Assembly: GCA_051362555.1 (NCBI GenBank)
Contig: CM120640.1
Span: forward strand, 43,750,788-43,814,787
DNA length: 64,000 nt
Source of the DNA: Lingula anatina
Lineage: Eukaryota; Animalia; Brachiopoda
Reading direction: 5' to 3'
Part shown: in pieces, positions 53,983 to 64,000 of the stretch
How positions within the stretch are numbered: position 1 is the first letter of the stretch
Layout of the letters: each line of letters starts with the position of its first letter
The notes under the pieces: model-generated
What the model was told of the DNA's origin: nothing
The model's input: only the letters and a program-made list of their open reading frames with translations
The model's database searches: none
Made by a program: the position numbers and the translations under genes

Positions 53983-55017
53983 TTTAAAACGTAAGTCAAG
54001 AAAGGCAATAAGTTTGTATCACCAAGTAAAAGGACAAGTATAAGATTAAAAAAAAAACAAAAACAAAAACAAATAGTACATAACCCACTTAATGAACTCA
54101 TCTGAGAAGTAACATTTTTCGATAATTTCTAACAAAAAATGCCATGAATAAAGATTGCCAAAAATAATTTGATTCATCGCATCCTGACGACCTTATCCAG
54201 CTGTCAACCGCTATGACAAAATTTAAATTGCACGCAACCCAAAGAAAAAACCCAGATTGTAACAGAGTTATGAAGAGTATCAGGAATGTAGCTGAAGTTT
54301 AAAAAAACACTATTTACCAATGGAAAATTGGCTAAATCTTTCACTGAGCATCTGCAACTTTGCAGTGATGATATGGCATACAACCTTAACCAGGACCCAA
54401 TTTGTTTTCTCTTTCATATTGTCTTATTACCAGTCATTTCACTGTAATATTAGATTTATATATAATGAAAAACCACTAATCAAATATATAATACTGAATG
54501 ACCAAAGTTTATTTATAATTGTAATGACATTAATCTAACTACATGTAACGGCATACATGAACCAGAGTGTAAATTTCTTAGATTACCATCAATTTTCTGG
54601 TTTCTTTTATAATTGTTTTGGATAAGCCTGACTTCCAATATGTTTCACTCAGCAATAGTAAATAACCTTGTTCAAAAGAAGATCTACAAATGTACTATGA
54701 TAAATGTTACAGTGTACTTGGAATTTTGCCATTTCAGAATGTGGTATGGACTTGTCAGATTTACAGTTCAGATCCCAGATGACATGTGCCATAATAAGGT
54801 TGGAAGATGGCCCAGACATCCCCAAAATGTTAAGAGGATTTTCTAAAGACAACTGTATATTATGCTTGCACATCATTTTTTGTGATTTGCCCAAGTGTAT
54901 TTTCAAGTGATCACTACTTGGACTTGAAAGTCGGATTGCATGCTTATAATTATTAAGACATCTCTGCCATAGCTTTACAGTCCATGTCAAACGGTCTTGC
55001 ATTTGCAAAACACCAGA

Positions 55018-58000
55018 TTATATCACTCTTGGTTTACGTCCTTTCAAAAAAGAATGCTTTATAGAGGAGGTATCTGTGAGGGATACTATCGAAAGCCCTC
55101 CGATTTGCAATCCTCTAAGTGCTGACTGAAATAGAAAATGAAATCTTGATCATATCCTTTTTTATTCCTTTCATATAAGAAGAAAAAAAAAAAAAAAAAA
55201 AAAACGTAAATTTTCATCATATTATAAAGCACTTTTAAAAAAGTATTTACAATATAATATTACTGTGAAGCTTTGGTGTAAGTTAGCAGCCAAATTTCAA
55301 AGGGTGCATTGCTTTAAAATTTCAAAGAAAATACATTATTTATCATCATTAGACATGAAATTTTTATTACCCTAACAATTAAAACTAAAGACAGTAAATG
55401 ATAAAATAGTTTTGATAACTTTAAAATTGTTATTCGTGTATGAATAAGTTAAAAATGTAAAATCTGCATTCATTTTAAGATGTTATCTTTCTTTTACCTT
55501 TACTGAGAAGGCAGAGGACAAAAAATAAATAAGAATAAAAATTTTTAAAAAATATGATCAAAAATGAAGGACAAGCTAAGCTAAATAGTTGTATCTGAAT
55601 TACTAATGTCCGTTACACCTACCACTCTTCCTTGTCCCAATCCTCTCATTTTAACTCTGACAACTTTGATACCCAGTGTTTCTACTGCCCGCTTAGCTAC
55701 AGACATGGCAGAGGCTTGAGCCGCCATAGTGCTGCCCTTTTTCTTGTTCTTAAAACCCTCAAGACCCTTAAAAAACAAAAATATTTTAACATTGAAATAA
55801 TTTTTTCCATTTCCTCTTTATATTGATGGTTAACATTGTAACATTTCAAGGCTATGCCAATAATGACATAAATTAAGATTAATTGTAAATAAGTGATCCT
55901 TCAAGCATTTTTCTGTTAGAAAACTGCTTAATTTGGAATAGTATACTTAAATCAATTAATCAAAAGAGCAATCTTCCATGCAATATCTGAGGCAGAAAAT
56001 GTTGTTAGCAAAGCATCGAATTTGAAATATGTTAATTGCATGAGTTTAAAATGCAAGAGAAAGATATGCTACATACCCCTGACCATGAAAAATATTGTTT
56101 ACCTGTAAAAATAATAAAAAATTGAAGTATGCCAACAAAGAGTATTACAAGTTTTTCTTCTTCTTTTTCATTTTGATGGATATGTGCATATCAAGTTTTT
56201 TCAATTCTTTAAAGTCTTCAATAAAACATGTTCTTATAACACACAATAACAATACTGATAAACTTAAAATGTCAAATCAAATTAATTTATCAAATAAAAA
56301 GAGTACAAAAACTATATTTCAAATGTAATCCATGCATTCATCAACAATAATTGATACATGAAAACAAACCTTTCTTTCTTCTTACCTGTATGATCTGTGA
56401 CAGAATAAACTATGTTGTTGTTTGAGCATTTCATATGTACAATTGGGAGCTCATCATACCGTACATTATTTACAACTGTTGCACCTGTTAAGTGGTCGGG
56501 AAAAACTTTCCTGCCCCATGAAAAATCTGTAAATGTTTTCCTGGTGGAATGACACAAAGGGGAATATTTTGGTTGCAAGCTACATACAAAGTTTTAATTT
56601 GAATTTTTGAGATAAAATGAAAAATAATTTAAAATAAATATCCTTCAGCATGCCTACTTTTCAGAGCTGACTAAACACCTCTTTGAATGTTAAATTTATA
56701 TGCATTCTGTTTTAAAAGTGGCACTGTGCTCACATTATACATTTTGCTATGGAAAATCCAACCCTTTTAACTTACTCCTCAAATTCTGTATAAAATGTTT
56801 CACCTACATTTTGAGACCTGAAAAGACAACAGGGCAGCAAAACAGTCAGATGTACAGGCATGAAGCAGAAAATAATAATGCAAGAATTACTGAAAGTTTT
56901 TTGTTAATTCTGATGCAATATTGCTTGTAATGCTTAACAGCAGAATCACCACCAAATATTAATTATGGTCACATGGATATGCAAAAAAATTACTAACATA
57001 AGGTTTTAGTCTAATGAAGTCAGACGTGAAAAATGAAACAAGGCAGCAACTTGTCAAAGGCAAAGACAAAAAACGGAAAATAATACTGCACAAAATAGGC
57101 TCCCGTCATTTTTGATGCAATATTTTATTAGGTTTAACTGCAACATCAACATAAAATTTTAATTGTGCACAACAGGTAATACCAATGTAAGTAAAATGTC
57201 AACAAGCATAAGGCTTCAGGCCCATGAGATTTCAAGTTCACACTTTGAAAATGCCAGAAAGAGCTAAATGAAAATTCCACGAAAAAATTGCATAAATTCA
57301 ATAAAAAATGATAATCCAACAGAGTTGGTTCACTAATTTGAGCTGTATGTCAATCCTAAGAATAGTTCTTGTTATTAAAAAAAAAAAAGTAAGTAATTCA
57401 GTTTTCCTTACATAATGTTTGTGGTGGCAGTGCACAAGGTAGGTTTTTTTTGCTAATTTTGATACATTAGATAATGATTAACTGTATAAATACCACCAAT
57501 GTTAATTATCCACTATAAATAACATGGACATTTAGAACTTATGATTACCACTGGGCTTCATACCCTTGGGAGTTCTAAGTCCCACATTGAAAATGCCAAT
57601 ACGTGAAAGACAAAAATTTCACTTAAATGTAAACTTCAAGAAAAAGAAGCCAACTTGACTGCTTTTCCAACTCGGGCTGCATTTTAGTCCTATGTGTCTT
57701 TTTTTCTTAGTTTCAAAATCATAAGTAACACGGTTTTCCTTTAATGGTCATCAAGGCAGCAGTGTCCAAAATAGTTTTCTTCAATTTTAATGCTACATTA
57801 CATAATGCTTAACAGCATAATTATCACCAATTTTTTTTTCAAAATCACAACTTGAAAATACTACAAAGTGAAAAATGAAAAATTCACAAAAAAAGCATAT
57901 CTTAGGGACCATTCCCACAGATATTTGGAACAATCTATCTCCCTGGGGAGTCTCACTAAATTTGGAACCTACATGAAAGGAAGACTGCTTAATCCTGTAA

Positions 58001-59945
58001 TGGTTTCTCTGCCTCTCAAACGCCTCCCCAAGTGTCGTCCCTCGACCGGTTGAATTGAGCCGCGATTTAATTACTGTGCCCCTGCAGGGACAATGCGTGG
58101 GGAGGCGTGTGAGAGGTGGAGAGACCATTACAGGACTAAGCGGTCTTCCTTTGATGTAGGTCTGCCATATTTAAGTCGAGGCCTTGCTAGCACTCAACTC
58201 TTCTCATTCTGAATGGTCCCAAAGTCAAGACTTTGGGCTATCTCAGATGATTCCAATTATGATGGTTCTATCTTCAGACTTACAATTTATATTCACGGGT
58301 TAATCCTTCTTCAAGTGTTAAATTTTTTTTCTTTATGCTTTTGTCTAGCAGATAATGGGTGGTACTTAATCCCACACTTGGTACTGAAATATATAAAAAG
58401 TTGCTGTTACATAGTTGCTGTAAAAAAAAAAAATTTGCAATCAGAGAAAATTATTACAATGAGCAAAAATAAAAATAAACTAGAAGATCAGAGAGGCGAT
58501 ACAGCCTCCGGGTATTGTACCACCAGCTGGATTAAGCACATTCATATGAAAAAAAAAGGGAAACCACCTCCAGTGTTGTGCTCAGCAAGCTCTACAAAAA
58601 GCAGTTAACAATCAAGAGTTCCCATTTTTTTGTGGAAAATTACAATTTATAACAAAATCATGGGAGAAAGGAAAAGGGCAAATCCAAATTTGTGAAGTGC
58701 GGTTCATGGTGAAAAGTAAGTCAAATGTCAAAGTCAAGATCACAGGAAGGCTGTCAATATATGAGTTTCTATTCAAGTTCAGTAGTATCTATGGGTATAT
58801 CTAAATAAATCCTGGGATATAAGGGAGGGGAATCTTTTCCAAGTCATTTCATGGTGAAAAGTAAGCCAAGAAGTTCAAAAGTACCTATGAGTGTATCTCT
58901 GCCAGTTTTGGAGATATAAGGGACAGAAAATATGCAAGGCTCAGTTCATGGTGAAAAGTAAGTCAAAGGTCAATTCTAAGATCACAGTTAGATTGCCAGT
59001 ATTTGAGTTCCTATTTAAGCTCAATAGTAACTAAGGGCGTATCTCTGATAAGTTTGCAGTTATTTCATATTTTAATTTCACAACTAAATATTGCTACATT
59101 GAACTTTTTGATGGAAAACAAAACAAGGCAGCAAAGCTGTAAAATGTACGGACAAAAAGCAGAAAATAATAATGCACAAAATAGGTTACTGTCAATTCTG
59201 ATGCAATAATACATTATGCTTATTTGCAAAGTCAACATCAAATTTAAATTATGCACATCAGATAATACTGATATAAGTAAATGTGTAACAAGCATTAGGC
59301 TATGGGCCCCTGAGAGTTCAAGTTTACACTTTGAAAATGCCAGAATGAAAAAAATGAAAATTTCACAAAAAATTGCATAAATTCAATAAAAAAATGATCA
59401 TCCAATAACACATTTCAAGGAAAACCAATAGGAGATATTAAGCATTAAATTTTGCAAATTTTGGACAAAGGTGCATTGCGATGAAGGCTACACCTAGACC
59501 AGTGTACCGACAGAGCTCAAAATTTTTGTGGAACAAGATGAGATTATGTGTTACCTTAATCCAAGAGATGGGTACCCAGGCCCTTGTAGACTAGGAGAAG
59601 AAGTGGTAACAGTCATGTGGAGACAGGGCTGATGGAAAAGACGGGTCAGGACTAAAACCAAGTGTACCGCCAGCACCCCGCTGGTGGTATAATTAATCAA
59701 GTTCTTAATAGTACGTAAGATTTTTGCCCAAATTGCATATTACAGAATTAAGAAGATAATTCTAATCTGTAAATTCCCTAATAATTTGATTGATAACTTT
59801 CAGACTTGTTTTAAATCATCCACTGTATCAACCTACCTTGCAGAACTGTACATTCAACAGCCTGAAGACTTGACTTATGTTCACAAATACTTCTAAAGAG
59901 ACAGTTGTTAGAATTTCTGGTAACTTGAAATACTTTTCTCAGCAT
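55018..59945 (-). CDS. MRPS11: Mitochondrial small-subunit ribosomal protein S11 (uS11m)
   Basis: Exons 59945-59837 (MLRKVFQVTRNSNNCLFRS..., presequence-like), 56526-56386 (YDELPIVHMKCSNNNIVYSVTDHTG; alternative acceptor at 56540), 56102-56077 (KQYFSWSG), 55766-55623 (GLEGFKNKKKGSTMAAQ...VRVKMRGLGQGR) and 55125-55018 (SALRGLQIGGLSIVSLTD). These are uS11 motifs; ~175 aa. The N-terminal exon structure is less certain. Confidence 0.9.
56815..57900. repeat. Degenerate tandem/local duplications in the MRPS11 intron
   Basis: Units at ~56815-57020 and ~57025-57320 share GGCAGCAA...GAAAATAATA(A/C)TGCA...TGATGCAATA, with weaker copies to ~57900 and a further copy at ~59110-59405. Confidence 0.7.
57905..58220. 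mobile_element. Chimeric MITE (type-B left end plus family-A body), copy E
   Basis: TIR GGGACCATTC...GAATGGTCCC. 57905-57960 matches the type-B terminus (CAATCTAT...GGGGAGTCTCACTA); the rest matches family A. Confidence 0.8.
58477..59693 (+). mobile_element. Helentron/HINE-like element with internal repeats
   Basis: Starts AAACTAGAAG, with 5' subTIR TGTACCACCAGC (58516-58527) and 3' hairpin TGTACCGCCAGC-ACCCC-GCTGGTGGTATA (59663-59691). The internal repeat TTCATGGTGAAAAGTAAG occurs at ~58703, ~58848 and ~58945. Confidence 0.7.
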
Positions 59946-61223
59946 TTTAACAATAACTGACAGAAAAGTGATGGCATAAATTTCACATAAATCTGAAAAA
60001 AAAAAAAAAACAAAGATACATTATGAGTTATATCATAACAAACAAAGGCATCAAGTCTGAAGCTAATTTTTTTCAATCAACTTCCAATTTAAATCAGGCT
60101 CTACAGCTACATGTTAATGTTATAACATTTTACCCAACCTGTCTGCTTTACTTCCTTCTCTTGGACACATCTATGAAGGTCATTGCTAGTACCTTTATGC
60201 AGTGAGTTCCACCTTGTCCAAATGAACACATATCTGGTAAATCTAACTATCTTATGTGTCAGAAGTTTTAAGAAGTTCAGATAGGAGTTCAGAAGTTCTA
60301 AATAATCAGCCTTAAGCTCTCCTTTTTACCTTTATTTTTGGGTTAATATATTGCTCAAGTCTTAACATGACTTCAATTGCAAATAAAAAATAAATAAATA
60401 AAATAATAATAATAATAATAATAAACACTGTTTTAGATATTTCTCTTAACTCTAAACTAAATGAGTTGCACATTGCTGAAAACCCAATGATTTTTCCCGA
60501 TGACTCTAGATTGAGAAGTCCATTTACTCGTCAGCATGGCTATCCACATTCCCAAATCCTGATCAATACTGGCAAGAGTCAATCACAGGTCATAACAGAA
60601 TTCCACAAGTTTTAAATATATTCAGTCAACTAAGAAAAGTGATTTTATTAAATTATTTTAAAAACAATCCAGGTAAAGATTAACCAGATTCGAGGCAAAG
60701 CAGAAACGTTCGCTATATACACTCTTACTGTAAGAAGTACACATGTACATGTACTTACAACCATTAAGTCACATTCAAAGTTTTAACTAGTAGTACTAGC
60801 TACAACTACTAATAATATTACGTTATCATACCGAAACATACCTTAGTTTTTGAGATTACTGTAACAGCTAACGTCATACACAAGGTAACATGAGTATCAC
60901 ATGAGAATAATCTTTAAAACATAAGAGCACTTGCACGCTCAACACGCACAGAGCTGCCAACAGCCTCAGTTTCACTTCTACGTGCAATACAATCTCCAGA
61001 GTAAAAAGATCACGATGAAATTCTAGCAAAGTGTTGCAGTTTGTGTATGCGTTTGATGTATGTTGAAAGGTTTCGTCCGATGTTAACGTGCCTAACTGTT
61101 TTTGTTACTCTACCATTTGCATCACACGTTTTTTGTGGGATATATTTTAGTTGAATTTCATTTTCAATTCAAAGTCAAGTGTTTCACTTTTGTTTTGAAG
61201 TACAAACATGTACATGTATCTCA

Positions 61224-61495
61224 GGCCGCATTCACATCGAGGAGAGCCGAGGCTCGTACATGAAAGGAAAACCACCTAATCTTTTAATAGTCTCTTCGCC
61301 TCTCATACATGCCTCCCCACACGTCCCTATGGAGCCGAGATTTAATGACTGTACCCCCGCAGAGACGACGGGTGGGGAGGCGTGTGAGAGGCAGAGAAAC
61401 CATTAATGGATTAGGCGGTTTTCCTTTCATGTACGTCCGCCATATTTAGTTCTCGGGTTTGTAGAGCCTCGGCTCTTCTTGATGTGAATGCGGCC
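61224..61495. mobile_element. Family-A palindromic MITE, copy F
   Basis: TIR GGCCGCATTCACATC...GATGTGAATGCGGCC with a perfect 3-bp TCA duplication on both sides. Confidence 0.9.
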
Positions 61496-61918
61496 TCAGA
61501 GTATTTAGCGGAGCAACTTGATCTAAACTTGAAATGCATTTATTGAGCCGTGATTGGCTGACAAATTTATCACCAAATGCCATTTCTACCACCACAACAC
61601 AACAAAGTTATGAACTAAGTGGAAAGTGATATTATTAATACTAAAACTAGAAAAATTACATGCAGGGAGCAACCTCAGCCAATTAGGAATACTCAAAAGT
61701 TGGTAATAATACATCAGTTAAATCCATTTTGTCAACCCTCCAAATTCTTAATATATAATAGTAATTAGTTTTCTTCTTTAGTTTATAATATCAACATTTT
61801 TCCTTTAGTTTGTGCTTTGCAATGAAGTTACAATTTTCTAGTGAAGTTGTTGAAGAAGAGGGGTGTTTTATTAGTTAACATATTGTTATTACTGTAGGTG
61901 GATTTGTTTGACCACTTG

Positions 61919-62199
61919 GGCCGCATTCACATCGAGTTGAGCCATGGCTCTACAAAGCCACGACCTAAATATGGTGGATGTACATGAAAGGAAAACCGCC
62001 TAATCTTTTAATAGTCTCTCCGCCTCTCACACGCCTCCCCATCTGTCGTCCCAATGGAGCTGAGATTTAATGACTGTACCCCCGTAGGGATGACACATGG
62101 GGAGGTGTGTGAGAGGCGGAGAGACTATTAGAAGATTAGGCGGTTTTCCTTTCATTTACGTCGGCCATATTTAGTTTGTGGCTTTGTAGAGCCTTAGCC
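61919..62199. mobile_element. Family-A palindromic MITE, copy G (right terminus truncated)
   Basis: Left TIR GGCCGCATTCACATCGAG and near-perfect arms; the right end stops before the terminal repeat. Confidence 0.85.
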
Positions 62200-62405
62200 A
62201 TCTGTATTGCATCCCTCATTCCATTGCCAGCACTATGACATCGTTCAAGATATAAATTAGAGATCAAATGTCTTAATATCAATATTTGAAAATTGTATAC
62301 AAGGCGTCTGAAGGATTATTAACTAGAAACAAAGACATTATCAAAGATGCTCATGACGTTTTAAATGTCTCCAACATAAAGGGTGTTTCTACTTCTTGGG
62401 CCATT

Positions 62406-62468
<63 letters not shown>
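62406..62468. repeat. (TG)n(TA)n microsatellite
   Basis: Directly visible. Confidence 0.95.
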
Positions 62469-62472
<4 letters not shown>

Positions 62473-63387
62473 GCTTCTGCATGTGTTTAAGTATTTTATA
62501 AATTATCATCTTTATGGAAATATCAGTCAATATATATATATATATGCAACCCGCTCTGTGCATTTCAACAGGTAGAACAACCCCTCATCTGAAATTCACT
62601 TTTTTTAAAAAAATTATTATATTACACACATTTTACATCATTTCAGTGCCTTCAGTGAATTTTTCCTTATTTAAGAAACAAATCTTCAGTGGGGGCTCTT
62701 ATCATTTAATGATCTGACCAGGTAAGAAAAAAAAAAACAATACATTGCAAATGGTAAAGCCTTAATAATTAAGCTTTATTGCATTATATTTACATTGTGC
62801 ATGTATTCCAAATGTTAATAGAAATATAAAAATTGCAAAAATACTTTCTAAAAGTTACTCCAAAAAACTTGGACACCTGTTGAATTAATGGGGTCCCACA
62901 GTGATAACAAATTTCCCACTGAATGTATTGCTGCTTCTGTATTCTTTCCAAAATAACCAATAAATAAATTTTCTTGCCATAATTAAAGAAGTTAATATGT
63001 ATTTTTGGACAATATAATATATTTTTCTCTAAATAAGTATAATGTAAATGCTATATTACAAAATAACTTTGTATTTCTGTGAAAATTCACTTCACTTTCA
63101 CTTCATACAAAAGATGCAGTTTACATAGGATGGAAATTTACAATGTTGGGTTGTATCATAACAACTTGATGCTCATGTTCAAATTTTTTCCTGTTTGCTG
63201 ATGATCAAAAATCCTAGAATATCATGTTCCATTAGCTAATTAGTTAAACATTATTTATGTTTGGCAAATACTGCATGTCTATCTTGGACTGTACAAATTA
63301 AATTCTGTTTTATCAATACAGCTAAAAGTTTGTAGCCTTACAAAGTTTTAATAAGATTGACATTGATTTCTATAAAAACATGACTGG

Positions 63388-63454
<67 letters not shown>
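63388..63454. repeat. Poly(A) followed by a (TA)n microsatellite
   Basis: Directly visible. Confidence 0.95.
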
Positions 63455-63458
<4 letters not shown>

Positions 63459-64000
63459 CATTTTTGTAGTACATGTTATGTTCAGCCATCCAGAAAAAAA
63501 CCCTTATAATAGTATTATAAGGAAACTATTAGTAAAGATAGTATGTAAAACTGTTTGTGGCATTTTTACTGAATCAACTATGTGATCACAACCCCTTTGT
63601 ACAGACAGGTTCCAGTTTGGCCTTCCATTAATGCAGGCCACAGGTATGACTGGATCATTGCAGAGTCAGAGTCTGAAGTATGAAAACGTGTGTGCATGCT
63701 GCTGTGGAACTCTCTGCAATCGTATTCTATTCTCAACGGTGGGTTTTGCACAGAAAGTTTCCATGCCAGGCAGACACATTCTGTCACATAGATTTTTAAT
63801 CCATCACTGTTCTTTAAGCTTGGATAGTCGTACAGAGTGGCCCAGAGTTGATTGCAGACTTCCTAAAATGAATAAAAATGCTTTGAAAGATTTCACAAAA
63901 ATTTTAATCAAGTAAAGAATGACATTTTCATAACAAACAGTAACACCATAGCTTATTCAAAGGAGCTTCCAAGAATAACCTTTGTGTGAAAAATAAAACT

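Noticed and set aside
57793-58128. ORFs at 57793-58128 and 57868-58053 (and the similar 61179-61406)
   Set aside because: They lie within non-coding MITE copies and show no transposase motifs.
62286-62563. ORFs with YIYIYI or HTHT runs (also 30135-30323)
   Set aside because: Translations of microsatellites.

Overview
Eukaryotic (animal, invertebrate-type) genomic DNA with spliceosomal introns; no prokaryotic features. Three minus-strand spliced genes can be reconstructed by hand: a repulsive guidance molecule (RGM; coding exons 4789-7809 plus candidate 5' exons near 13.6-13.9 kb), protein disulfide isomerase A3/ERp57 (12 coding exons, 47207-53329, 492 aa, two WCGHC motifs, C-terminal KEEL) and mitochondrial ribosomal protein S11 (55018-59945, with a 26-nt micro-exon). 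A tRNA-Val(AAC) sits divergently just upstream of PDIA3. Non-autonomous DNA transposons include a ~280-bp palindromic PIF/Harbinger-like MITE family, a TTAA-flanked Kolobok-like deletion derivative, two Helentron/HINE-like elements and a foldback element. The most notable features missed by the ORF track are (i) a chain of four small, phase-compatible minus-strand exons (44409 to 39163) in a CpG-depleted ~20-kb block, pointing to an unannotated gene, and (ii) three different MITEs stacked back to back at 23.2-24.0 kb, each separated by one shared TTA. All coordinates were read by eye; no searches were run.
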